Below, one piece after another: positions 42,752 to 56,812 of a stretch of 64,000 nt of DNA. Position 1 is the stretch's first letter; every line of letters begins with the position of its first letter. The stretch is from the human T2T-CHM13v2.0 reference genome, Homo sapiens: assembly GCF_009914755.1 (NCBI RefSeq), contig NC_060928.1, one strand, 5' to 3'. The notes below the pieces were generated by a model, which was not told where the DNA came from, ran no database searches, and saw nothing but the letters and a program-made list of their open reading frames with translations. A program made the position numbers and the translations under genes.

Positions 42752-43060
42752 GGCCAGGTGTGGTGGCTTACAACTGTAATCCAAGCACTTTGGGAGGCCG
42801 AGTTGGGAGGATTGCTTCAGGCCAGGAGTTTGAGACCATCCTGGCCAACACAGCCAGACCCGGTCTCTACAAAAAATAAAAAAAATTAACTGGGCATGGT
42901 GGTGCATGCCTGTAGTCCCAATTACTAGGGAGGCTGAGGAGGGAGGATCATTTGAGCCGAGGAATTTGAACTTTCAGTAAGCAATGATTGCACCACTTCA
43001 CTACAGCCTGGGCTGCAGAGTGAGACCATGTCTCACAAACAAACAAGCAAACAAACAAAA
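42752..43060 (+). mobile_element. Alu (AluJo/Jr-like) with (CAAA)n tail
   Basis: ggaggattgcttcaggccaggag; gcaatgattgcaccac. Confidence 0.92.
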
Positions 43061-44405
43061 GCCTTAGGGATGAGATGGGATGGGATAAGGAGGGCTCTGA
43101 GTTGGCCAAAGATCAAAGTCCAATTTCACTTGAAGACTCTGGGGCCTAGTTATACACAGAGAACCTCTGTGGTTATCAAATACAACTCAAGCCTGCAGTG
43201 TGTTCGGCATTGGCCTTCCTCCAGGACTTTGCCTCTAACAGCTATTTCAATTATGAATTCTGACAACAATGATTTCTTTAATATATTCTGGCCATTAATG
43301 GCTGACAGTGAGGCAAACACTTAGTAATCAACACTATAGAGTAAGAAGAAGAGGAGCTGGAAGAAGAGGAGAAGAAAGAGAAAGATTTAAGAGAATAAAG
43401 ACAGTAGAATATGAAACTGGCTCCGAAATATATTAATATAAAGGATTAAGGCAATTGAATGGAAAGGCTCCTAAGGTTTCATAAAGGGAAAATTGTTCAC
43501 TAAACTGGAAATAGAAAAAAAAAGAGTAATTTTAAGTGCACGTTTCAGATAAATTATCTCACTTCGTTTAGTACCAATATTTCTAATGAACACTTAGGGC
43601 TGAAATGAATCATTTCTCTGCTGACTCCATTAGGAAACCTATTGGGTGTGCAATTTGAGTGAGATTACAGAGAGAGATGTTGAGAGATCGGTGATTTAGA
43701 AGGTGGGCAGCTCTTCTCTGATAGGTTTGAGTGTCCTCTAACTCCATGAAGAGAGGGCCTGAGAAGCTCAGCTGCAGAGGCAGCCTCTGGTTAAGAGAGG
43801 CAGCACCGGATCCTTCAGAGAATGGCTGGCTCAGAGGAAATTTACACTGGTGATTCACTCATTGCCATGGTAACCACTTGAATGCAGAGGAGTACATTTG
43901 TTCATTTTTACAATTATTCTATTATTTATACTGAGGCGTCTTTGAGAGGATGATATATATATGGGGAGAAGTAGTTACCCCTTGGACAAAAGAGACAATT
44001 AACCACAAGATGCCCCAAATTGGAAATACATGTTTCCTAATCACCAGGGGCACAGTCTCTTTCCACCTAGCCCTCAGGGAAATCTTCAATATCCAAGAAG
44101 ATGTTCTGCTAGCCACAGAACAGGGAAATGGGAAAGTCTCACTTATCAAACTCAGTTGTCAGGAGTAGGCCAACATTTCTTCTTCTTTACCAGATCTTTT
44201 TCTTTTCGATTCAGGATTTTCTCATAGTGCATGGTTTATTATACTTAATCACCTAAAATATGCCACTACATGCAAAAGTGAGATGGCTTTTAAAAAACTC
44301 ACCTGAGAAAACGTCTTGTTTGACCCGGAAGACATAATGGAAAAGCTAGGCTTAAAATGTAATGAATTTTGGTTTTTTACAAATCTAGCAAAATAAATGA
44401 ATAAA

Positions 44406-44611
44406 TGAGCATGGTGGTACATACCTGTAGTCCCAATTACTAGGGAGGCTGAGGAGGGAGGATCAGTTGAGTCCAGGAATTAGATCTTGCATTGAGCAAT
44501 GATTGCACCACTGCACTCTAGCCTGGGCTACAGAGTGAGACCGTGTCTCACAAACAAACAAGCAATCAAACAAAAGCCTTAGGGATGAGACGGGATGGAT
44601 AAGGAGGTCTC
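44406..44611 (+). repeat. Direct copy of 42891-43097 (Alu right arm + tail + unique 3' flank)
   Basis: About 90% identical, including private Alu mutations and the non-Alu flank gccttagggatgaga. Confidence 0.93.
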
Positions 44612-45030
44612 ATAAGCAGGGAAATAAACAAATAATCTTCCCAAACATTTAATACTTAGTGTGGATAATTTGATATACTCCACATTTTTGTTGCCTTGAT
44701 TCTAAGGATTTAGAGTAAAAGGTATAGAAATGGGGGAAATTCCTGCAGAGAAATAGAAAGTGAGAGAAGGTTCCAATCAAGTGAGCGCAGATATATTGTC
44801 CAGAATAGTTCTCTAAAAGAATTGATTATTACATAATTATATATAATCAATATGCATAAGTGCATATGTAATAATTTAATACATATGTAAAAGGTATTGC
44901 ATATGTAATACATAGGTACTGGGACTAATTTAAACATTTCAAAATGCAAGATATAGTTTATACAAGCAATGGAATACCTGCAGCTATAGCTGGTAAGAAT
45001 GATGATGGAGGTAAAATTTGTTTACATGAA

Positions 45031-45284
45031 GTGGGGGTGCAGTGACTCACATTTGTAATCCAGCACTTTGGGAGACTGGAGCAGAGAATCGCTTGAGCCC
45101 AGGAATTCAAGACCAGCCTGGGCAACATGGCAAAACTCTGTCTCTACAAAAAATTAGCCGGGTGTGGTGGCATGTGCCTGTAGTACCAGCTACTTGGGAG
45201 GCTGAAGTGGGAGGATCACCTGAGCCTGCAGTAAGCTGTGATTAAGCCATTGGGTGACAAAGTGAGACCCTGTCTCAAAAAGAG
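45031..45284 (+). mobile_element. Alu (AluJ-like) with internal deletions
   Basis: TSD aaaatttgtttacatgaa / aaaatttttttttacgtgaa (degenerate). Confidence 0.88.
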
Positions 45285-45671
45285 AAAATTTTTTTTTACG
45301 TGAAATAATGCCTATGACATACTGAGGTTTTAAAAAGTAAGAAATGAGGGGAAAAAAGAGCAGATTATAAACAATATGTATCTTATAATCACATTTTGCT
45401 TTAAAATATTCCATTTCTTTATATATATGTCTATCTATGTTTGTGCTTATAGAGAAAGAAAACCTAGAAGTAGAGTCACCAAAGGGTTAATAATCATCTC
45501 TGGTGATGGGATGGTGCATAATTTTTCTATTTTTCTTCCTTCATAGACTGTGAGCAGAATACGTATATGATCATAGTTGTATTCTATCTATAATTTATTA
45601 ATCATCTATTATGTGTCAAACACTTTATCATGTTCTGTTCTCCTAGAGCTTGTGTTTTATGACTGGATATA

Positions 45672-46200
45672 TCAGCCGGCATTCTTAGTTGCAAACAACA
45701 GAAACCATGCTGCCTAATTTAAGTAGAATGTGATGTATTAAAGGATGGTTCTCTCCGGAATTATTCCCCAGAATTGTTGGGAGAGCTGGAGAAATAGATT
45801 CAAGGCTAAGCTTTCAAGAGCAACGCCCCAAATCACGTCGCAGAACTGAGCTGATGAGGTAGCCACCTTCACTGCTATTGCCGCTGCCAAGTAGGAAATG
45901 AAAGGAATTGACTAGTGTAGCTCCTACTGCTCCAGCACCAGTGCTACTTCTGAGCCAAGGACTTGTATTTGTAACCCCTGCCGCTCCTGAAAGCTGAACT
46001 CATCAGCTGCTACCTGCATCCGCAAAGATGGAGGCTGCATGCATATGTGGGACCCAGTGTGCAGACAGTCAGATGATTGCCAGAGCCTGGGTCACATGCC
46101 TGCCTCCTAGCTGCCGAAGCAGCTGGAATTTGGGTTCTGAATTCTGCATTGATGAGGCTGAATTCATAATGTGGGAATTTCCCTCATTAGAGAAGCCTAT
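45672..46200 (-). mobile_element. Ancient MaLR LTR (MLT1N2/K-like)
   Basis: ttcttagttgcaaacaacagaaacc...gagcctgggtcacatgcctgcctcctagctgc. Confidence 0.55.
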
Positions 46201-46213
46201 TTAAATGATAAGT

Positions 46214-46990
<777 letters not shown>

Positions 46991-47004
46991 CAGGAAAAAA
47001 AAAG

Positions 47005-47222
47005 ACATATTCTGGCTCCACCACATACTAATTGTATCATCTTGGACAGGTCACAATTTCTCTGAGCCTCAGTTTTCTCATCAATAAAATGGGAATAATA
47101 AGAGTGTGGCGTCACAGGGTTGTTAAAACAAGGTTAATGTAAGAATTTATATTTGTAAAGCACAGAAACAAAATCTGTTATGTAATTAGTGGTATTTAAG
47201 TGTTTACTGCTGTAATTATATT
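47005..47222 (+). mobile_element. MIR
   Basis: tctctgagcctcagttttctcatcaataaaatgggaataata. Confidence 0.8.
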
Positions 47223-47579
47223 CTGTTGATCAGAAGAAAGGAGAAGAAATGACAGGCAAGGGAAACACATATTTCTACTTCACCCTCGATCAGGCAGTTG
47301 AAAATGTGAGTCTAGAATTTTAAAAGAGGTCTTGGCTAGACTCTGCGGAATGAATAAGAGAGTAAGTATATGACCCCTCAAGGGAGAAAGTGTGGAGATG
47401 GAAGATGAATAGGGTGGAACATAACTAACTCCATAAGTGGATGAAATTTACAATACTGATGTTTTTCACATCATACCCCAGTCAATGGAAATTCAACTTG
47501 CCAGTTTAAAACATGCTCTTTTTACTGTGTCACATTCCCACCAGGAGTCTAAGTCCTTTCTTGAGATTCTTCTGAACTC

Positions 47580-48350
47580 TATAAACTTTAAGGATTTTTT
47601 TAAAAAAATAACATTATTTGACCACATTGAAATTAAATATTTCAGTTCAAATAGAACAAACTATAGATAAAGTTAACAGATGGGTGACAGACTGGAAATA
47701 AATGTAATAAGTGATTAATTGATTGGGATTAGTATCTAGAATATGAGTAACTCCAAAAATAAAAAAAGTAAAAGATGTGAATAGGAATAGAGAATTATTG
47801 ATTCCTTATCACAGAGATACCCACAAAGAGGCCCATAATGCAATCTGTACATGGATATTTCTAAAAGTGATGTAATAGCACGAATTTGTGCACAACCTAG
47901 ATATTCATCAGTAAGGTTATAGATACTGTATTACTGCACAGTAAGGAAAATCTTTGAACTAGATGTACAAACATCAATATGAACAGATCCTAAAACCACA
48001 GTGTTAGGTTGAAAAAAAAAGATATTGAAGTCAATGTCTTGGTAAATTAGAAATACAATATACATAAAATAACACAATGGATTTAACAAGGATACGAGCA
48101 TGTTTAAAAATATAAGTATATTAGAGTAGATGACTTTTGGGGGAGAAAGGAGAGAACTGAAAAGAGAAATAAATGAAAAAAGTCTTCCTTTCCATTATTT
48201 CCTCAGAGTGTACATGTGAGAATTTGTCAGATCTCGACGTATGTAAAGGCTGAAAATTTGGGTGAAGTAATGTACTTTCTATTTTTTTAGTAGTGAATAG
48301 TTTCACGTGTGTGAAACCTGGAAACTCTTTCACATTTTGTATGCAATTAA
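47580..48350 (+). mobile_element. Ancient L1ME fragment
   Basis: cattgaaattaaatatttcagttcaa...acagactgga...tagtatctagaatat. Confidence 0.55.
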
Positions 48351-48800
48351 TTAGCACATCCCTTTTTTCTTCCTTCAAATTATATACAAAATCTACCTAC
48401 GCCTTTCCACCTCCATTGCTATCACCTTGGTTCAATTGGTGGTCTTCTGTTGCCTTGCCTAATGTAATTATCTCCTAAGAAGTTTTCCTACCAAGACACA
48501 CCACCAGCTCTCCTATTCCTAAACAAATCACCAAACCAAAGCCAAAGTAATCTTTTAAATACCTAGTTCGGATTATAACACTGTTTCATCTAAAAAGCCA
48601 CCAGTGGTTTTCCATCTAAACCATCTCCATCTCCAAGATGCTACATGATCTGTCACTGCCCCATCTCTCCAAAACACCTCTTAAGACCTCAAATCCTACC
48701 TCAGGGCCTTTGCCCTTGCCATTTCCTCTGTCTGGAACCTTAATCCCTTCTTAGGTGTCTTCTCATCAGAGAAGACTTCCCTGACCACTCTCTAAAATAG

Positions 48801-49329
48801 TGAAGGCGTTCAGGAAATGCCACCCCCAAATATGCCACTTTGGACTTCAAACTCAGGGCACTTGGGGAACAGCAAATGCCTTGAGGGGCTTTTCTCTGAA
48901 CTTTGTCTGCCTCAAGACAGATCCTTCAAAAAGATCTCAATTGTCATGAGTCCCCTCCCAAGGAATCTCATCAACTAGGGAAGATTCAACTCGCCTCCCA
49001 GGAGAGGAGACTGAGGATTGACCCCACACCCAGATAGACTTCGTCACAGGATACCACCTGTTCTTCGGAGGGCCTATTCATCTTTTCCAGAAATTATTTC
49101 TGCTCCCCTAAGTTGCCTACATCCCCAACCTCTCTCCCCTGTGAAGAGCGTACGTAAGCATCTACATCTCAGTGGGTTGGTGGATATTCATTTTTTTTCC
49201 CTGTGATCTCCCCATGCACATGATACATCTTTATTCTTTTTTCCTGCTAATCTGCCTACTGCCAATTTATTTCAGACTCAATTACCAAACCGTTAAAGGG
49301 TAGAGGGAAAGTTTTCCCTTCCTTAAGAC
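48801..49329 (+). mobile_element. ERV1 solo LTR (MER34 family) inserted in L2
   Basis: tgaaggcgttcaggaaatgccacccccaaatatgccactttgg start; gggtagagggaaagttttcccttcc end; L2 motifs on both sides (48380-48800, 49340-49530). Confidence 0.8.
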
Positions 49330-49904
49330 AGAAAAATCCCCTTTTCTCCACCCAGATCTATTCTTTCTCCTGTTTTATTTTTCTTCTTGACATTTATTTG
49401 TTACCAGTTACCTCTATCCCATTAGAAAGTAAGTACCTTGAGGATAGGGGTGATGTTTTGGTGTCTATTCAATTTTTCAGTGCACTCAATAATACTAGTT
49501 GAGAGGATAAAACAATGAATGAATGAATGAAACAAGGGGAAAGAGAGAGACATAAGACAGGCAGACAGAGAAAGAAAGAAGAGAGGAACACTCTGGTGGT
49601 CCCATTATGCTTGAAGGTTTTTCTATGAAGTAGAAATGATTCTTGTAACAAATCTTTCATCCTTCTTCCCTTGCAGACTTGCTCCCTGGCTTTCTTTCAG
49701 GTTTGATGATTGACCAAGTAGCAGCTGTAATATGGGATGGAGGCATATTCTGACTCTGCTAAGAGAGGGCCACCTCCCTGTGATATGGGTGACATTTTGA
49801 TTTATTCCTCCGTAAGTCATTTTTTTCTGTACATGTTCACTCCTACCTGCTCATATCTACTTTAGAAAAAAGAAAAATGGGATTTAAAAAATGACACTTT
49901 ATGA

Positions 49905-50368
49905 GATTGGCATTTTCCTCTGTGATATTCTTCCCCCAAACACATAACTTGAGTGTAATTGTGAGAAAAATATTAGACAAATTCCAGCTGAGGGATGTTC
50001 TACAAAATACCAGTAGTCTTTAAAACTATCAAGGTCATGAAAAACAGGGAAAGTCTAAGAAACTGTCACAATCTAGAGCAGCCTAAAGAGACGTGAGCTT
50101 TAAATGTAACATGAGATGCTGGATGGGATCCTTGAACAGAAAAAGGATATTAAGGGAAGAATGAGAAAATTTGAAAAAGTGAGGACTTTTGTTAATGACA
50201 TATTGATTTTGGTTCACTAATGATAAGCAATGTACCACACTAACATACAGTGCTAATAATAGGGAAGCTGTAGGGTGGGGGGCAGTATGTGGGAACTCTC
50301 TCTACAGCATCTTCACAATTTTACTGTACATCTAATGATGTTCTAAAATAAAAAAATTATTTTAAAAT
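49905..50368 (+). mobile_element. L1MC (MC2/3-like) 3' UTR end
   Basis: aaaactatcaaggtcatgaaaaacagggaaagtctaagaaactgtcaca...ggatgggatccttgaacagaaaaagga...tctaaaataaaaaaattatt. Confidence 0.85.
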
Positions 50369-51810
50369 GTTGTTGTTGAAATGTGAGTCCTCAAATTTAT
50401 TAGTGCCCTACATGGGGGGTTGGGGGAAAGATTGCTTCTGGAGGTATGTCATGTTTAGTAGAACATTTCATCCCAATTCAGTACCCCCCCTTCCCTTTCC
50501 CGTTACTGATGAGTGAGGCAGGTAGATAAAGCTTGTCGTTTCTCATGAAGGAAATCCCTGAGTTGTTTAATTAGCTCTGTATCAGATATAGCCTGAGGAT
50601 TTACATGTTTTGCCATGTTTAGGTTTCAGCTTGGAGCTCAATCCTGTTATTTTAAGATTTTTGGCCATTAACTGCAAAGGGGAAGCACGAAAAACACCTC
50701 TGTTTTTATAACAGTACGTGTCTTTACAAAAATAATTTACATGAACATGAGCCAAGGGACAAGTCTTCGAAGTCAGCAGTCCTGTGCAGAGAAACGTCTG
50801 TGTGGCATTTCCTTATTTTAAAAAATCTTTTTACATAGCCTGTTTAAAGAAGGATAGTTTCCCTCTCATTTCCTCCTCTAAAAAATAATAAACTTGAACA
50901 CTGGGTCAGGTCTATTTTTAAGGAGCCACTGATAGAAATGAATTGCTTTTGGGTTTCAACTCTGAGATCTACCTTCCCCAAATTCTTCTCCAGCCCACAT
51001 GCTTTTTTTTTTTTCTTTTTTTTCTCCCTTGGTGGGTGAATTCTATTAGGGTTTTCAAGTATTCTTTATTTAAGACGGCAGATACCTTTAGGTAGCTTCA
51101 AGAGTTATTAATAAAATAATTAAAATAAGAGCTATAAGCCAGACAATTTACATGTGAAAAAATGGAGGCCAGGATGCCTAATTTTTAAGGAGGTCATGAG
51201 GGTACAGGGAAAATTGCATAAATTCAAGAAAAGGGAATGCTAATTAAGGCCAATGGAAAATGGCTGCTTATTATGAAAAACAAATGGGAAGATGTATTGC
51301 TTGAGAGTAAGAGTTTCAAGAAGTAAGAAAATTGACTTATTGGGAGGAGCTGCAGATTTACATTGCAAAAGGAGAATATACAGGAATAGCAAAAATTAGG
51401 CCTGTTTTGTAATAAGTCTACCACAAGATACAGTAAATAAGGTGTGTATATATTCTCTAAGTATATGTTCTACATACACATCGCATGTTAGATCATATTG
51501 GGTATATCAGGTGCTAGATCTCTCTCTCATGAAAGCATTGAACAAATGTTATAAATGAAACACCTCTGCACTCATCACACAATTTAAGTGAGAGAATACT
51601 TCAATATATTTGAATCCTCTGTATTCCTCCTTAATCACATCCCTCATCCTTTCACTGGTGGTAGTCACTTTTCTAAATTTTATAGTTATTCGTTCCTGTT
51701 TTCTGTACAGTTATTACCACACAAAAATATATCTCTGAACAATATATTTTCAGTTTTGCTTGTTTTTGAATTTATATAAATGGAATTAGACTGAATAACT
51801 ATTTCTGTGA

Positions 51811-52708
51811 TATTGCGGGATCTGGCCAGCAGCCCACAATGCAACGGGTCTCTCTCTTTGTTCCCAGGTGGATCAGCAGGTTGAGAAATAATAGACACAC
51901 ACAAGATAGTGAAAGCTGGTTCCAGGGGGGTCACTGCCTTCTGGTCCTGCAGTGCCAGCAATACACTGGATATACCAGTATTTATTATTAAGTTTAGTGA
52001 GGGCGGGGTAGGTTAGTGAGGGATTTAGGGTCATTTGATTATGAGGTGAGATGGTCACATGGGGATGAAGTAATTCTTTAACATAACATTTGTATGTAGA
52101 AGTACAGTACATTTGTATGTAAAAGTACAGTATACAGAGATAAGAATTTACAATATAGTGTGTGCATCAGTAATTTCTAACAGAGCCTTAAAACAGAAAC
52201 ACAATCTTTCCATAACCTATGATTAGCAAGATGTTAATCAGCAGTAACAATTGCAACAAAAGCTGGTTACAAACAATCCATGGAAACAGGATGTGAAGCT
52301 AGGCAACCGGTTAGACCAGAAATTCTCAGAAGGGAGTATGCTTTAACCCTAAAGAGGCCTAGAAGAGCCGTGGCAAGATGAGGGCGTTTATAACCCTATC
52401 TTATCCATAGGGACAGGCGCCCCGCCCCCCATGCATCCATTTATAGGCTCTCCACAAGGGTCGCATTCCATTCCCAGAGCTATGAACATCTGCTTTTTTG
52501 GGACAGGAATCTTGGTGATGTGAAACCTCCCTGATCGCACATCCATTCATAGGCTCTCTGCAGGGGGAAGCACATCACATGCTGTTGGCTCATCCTGGCA
52601 GTCCAGCCTGGCGTTGTCTACACAATCCTCATGCAATTTTGTGTTTACGATAATCAGGAGCATTTCATCTTTTATTCCATAGCAATAGTTTCAAGGGGTC
52701 TTCCTACA
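51811..52708 (-). mobile_element. ERVK (HML) solo LTR, MER11D-like, full length (898 bp)
   Basis: tattgcgggatctggccagcagccc...ggggtcttcctaca termini; perfect 6-bp TSD ctgtga 51805-51810 / 52709-52714; minus-strand AATAAA near 51981-51986. Confidence 0.85.
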
Positions 52709-53228
52709 CTGTGACTTTTTGAAACTCAGAGGTATAAACATTTATATGTTATGATAAGATGTTTTAAAATGTTCATGTTTATGGCTTTTAAAAATGATCT
52801 TATTATCAGTTCCACATTTAGTTACTTAGTAATTAGAAAAGATGGCCTATATGGTACTCATTTTTTGAAATTGTTGGTATGTTCTTAGTGGTCTTTTATG
52901 GAGGTAATATTCATATATATTCCCTGAGAGATTGAAAAGAATTTGAATTATTGAAATGTTGAATGCAGTGCTGTATATAGGTCCATTAGATCATGCTTGT
53001 TAATTATGTTACTCAAATGTTATATAGACTTTCTGAACTTTCTTGTCTGTCTGATCTATCAACCATTGAAATAGGTATGTAAAACTTTTCCAATATGGTT
53101 CTTTTATCATTTTCTTCTTGCAGTTCTATCAATTTCTCTTTTTCACATTTTGAAGCTCTATTATTAGGTGCATATAAGTTTAGAACCATTGTCTTTTCTT
53201 AATTAAATTATATTTTATTATCATGTAA

Positions 53229-53600
<372 letters not shown>

Positions 53601-53611
53601 ACTAAACCAGA

Positions 53612-53910
<299 letters not shown>

Positions 53911-54391
53911 TAATCCAGATTTTTAAAAGTTAATATTTAACTAGACTATTTTTTTATCTTTTTACCTTTAGCATTTCTCCTTTGTTATGTTCTGGATATG
54001 TCTCTATGAACACCCTAAGATACAGCTTATTTTTAAAGTTAATCTGATCATCTTTGTCTTTTAACTAGAATGTATAATTTATTAATATTTAATATAATTA
54101 CTTTTATTTTGAAATGTATTACTACCACTATATTGTGTACTTTCTATAGGTTCTGCTTTTTCTTTTTCTTTTTTTCTTCCCACTTGTCCTCTTTTGAATT
54201 AATTGAGTTGCCTTTTTTTTTTTCAATTTTCCCCTATTTTAGTTGGAAATATATGTTTTATTTTAGGATTATTCCAAAGTTTGTTGTTCTCAACTTAACA
54301 ATATTGAAAATAACTTAATATCTTTATCTCCTCCAAAAAAAGAAAAGACCTTAGAATGCTTTAAGCCAATTTGTCCTTCTGACATATATTG

Positions 54392-54976
54392 TGTATTAGC
54401 CAGAGCTCTCCAGAGAAGCAGAGCTAGTAGACTATTTAGATCTAGATTTAGATCTAGATATATAGATAAATAGATGAGACAGGATTTATTATAGGAACTG
54501 ACTGTGGCAATTTTTGAGGTTGAGAAGTACCATAATATGCCATCTGCAAACTGGAGAACCAAGAATGCTGATAGTGTGGCTCAGTCTAAGCCCAAAGTCT
54601 TGAGAAACAGATGAGCCAGTGGTGAAATTCTCAGTCCAAAGCTGAAGGTCTGAGAAACTGGGGGCCTGCCATCACAAGTCCTGGAGTCTGAAGGCCAGAG
54701 GACATGGAATCCTCATGTCCAAGGGCAAGAGAAGATGGTTATCCCAGCTTCAGGAGAGAGAGCAAATTCACCTTTCTCTCTGCACTTTTATCGTCAATCC
54801 ATTGGATGGTGTCTCCCCACAGTGGGTGAGGGCAGATCTTCCTCATTCAATCCACTGATTCAAATGCCAGTCTCTTCCAGAAACATCCTCACCTACACAC
54901 CTATAAATAATGCTTTACCAGCTATCTGGACATCCCTTAAACCAGTCACGTTGACAACTAAAACTAAGCAATTACA
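54392..54976 (-). mobile_element. ERVL solo LTR (MLT2B-like)
   Basis: tgtattagccagagctctccagagaagcaga...ccatctgcaaactggagaacc...ccagtcacgttgacaactaaaactaagcaattaca. Confidence 0.88.
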
Positions 54977-56690
54977 AATGGTATTTGTGATCAGTATTTT
55001 AATTCCACTTTTTTCTGTAGAATTAATCAAATTTACATTTTACTTTTAATTTAGGAATACATTTAGATGATTCAAAATTTTAAAACTGTTGAAAGATACT
55101 GTGAATAGTCTCCCCATTCCAGCTACCCAATTTTCTTACTTGGAGGCCACCGATGTTAGTTTCTCATGTATCATTACTGAGACTTCTTAGGCAGGTGAAT
55201 ATATCCTTTTATACAATTTTATTCTGTTCTTTTTTCCTTTCCTAATGTTCCAAGATTTTCTTTTATTATTATTTTCTTTCTATTTAGAGGACTTCCTTTA
55301 AACCATTATTTTATAGTAGGTCTGCTGGTGACATGGCGACACTATCTCTTTGTTTTACTTCATTTGAGAATAGCTTGATTTCGCCTTCATATTTTCACAG
55401 GTAATTCTTGGTTGAGCATTCTTTTCTTTCAGGCCTTGAAAAATGTGCCAGTTCCATTTGGCCTCCATAGTTCGTATTAGAAATGTGCTGTAATTTATTA
55501 TTTTTCCCTTATAGTAAGGTGTCATTTATCTCTTGCTGCTTTATGATTTTTTTTCATTGTCTTTAGTTTTCAGAAGTTTGACTATGATGTGTCTTCCTGT
55601 GATTTCTTTGAGTTTATCCTTTTTGGATATTAAATATGCAGGTTTGTACTTTTTGCCACATTTGGGAAATTTTAAACTATTATTTATCTGACTACTTTTT
55701 AGCCCCACCCTCTTTCTCCTCCCCTGGGATTTCTATGACACAAACCCTAGATCTTTTGCTATAATCCCACATGTCCTGGGGCTTTGTTCTTTTTTATTCT
55801 TTCAGTCTATTTTCTCTTTGTTGTTCAGATTAAGCAATTGCTACTTTTGTATCTTCAAGTTTGCTTTTTTGTTAATCTACATTTTTGACAATTTCAGATT
55901 GCCAGTTTTTCCACCATCCAGTTTGGGATACATGAGGCAAGAAGAAAACCTAGGGCTATCACCACGGTGCTGTCCCTCAGGCCCCGAGGTCACTGGCTGA
56001 TCTGCCTTCTTCTCTCCACCATTCAGAGTCTTCTTAGGTTTATTTTCTATATAATATCCAGGGTTTTTAATTGTACTTAGCAGGAGGAACAGGGAAAAGT
56101 CCATTAACTCCCTCTTCAACATTATTATTTTGTATAGTTAATGTCTCTATATATTTACCCACATGGTGTCTTTGCTCACTGTTCCTTCTTGCATGTCAAA
56201 CCATATTTCTGGTATCATTATCTGAAGTATACCCTTCAAAAAGTTCCTTCAGTTAACTGTTGGTAGAAAACTTTCTCATTTTGATTGTATGAAATGACTT
56301 CTCTTACTCTACTTTTGGAAAAAATCATTTTATTTAGTACATCCTTATATATTGACAGTTACTTCTCTCAGCAATTTGAAAATATTTCTCTGCTGTCCTC
56401 TGGCTTTCAATGCTGCTGTTGATTAGTCAATTGCAATGTTACTTTTCATGTCATACATCCTTTCTCTCAAAGGATCCTTTCTTTGTTATTGTTGATCTGT
56501 AGTTTTCCCATGATGTATCCACGTTTAGATTTCTTTCCTCATAGCTTGTTCAGCTTCCTGAATCTGAGCCATTAACTCAGATTGTTGTATTTCATCAGTT
56601 CTGGAGAATTCTTGGCCAATATCTCTTTAATATTATATCTTGTCCATTTTCTCTATTATTTCCCTCTCGTACTTTTTAAAAAGGTCATTT

Positions 56691-56812
56691 CACCAGATTC
56701 AGTGTCTGGTAAGGGTCCACTCTCTTGTTCATAGGTGGTGCTTTGTGGCCATTTCCTCACATGGTGGAAGAGGGAAGGCAGCCGTCAGAGGCCTCCTTTA
56801 TAAAGGCACAAT
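56691..56812 (+). repeat. Direct copy of an internal piece of the MST LTR at 58564-59030
   Basis: 35-bp exact core 56751-56785 = 58968-59002; about 88% over ~100 bp. Confidence 0.85.
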
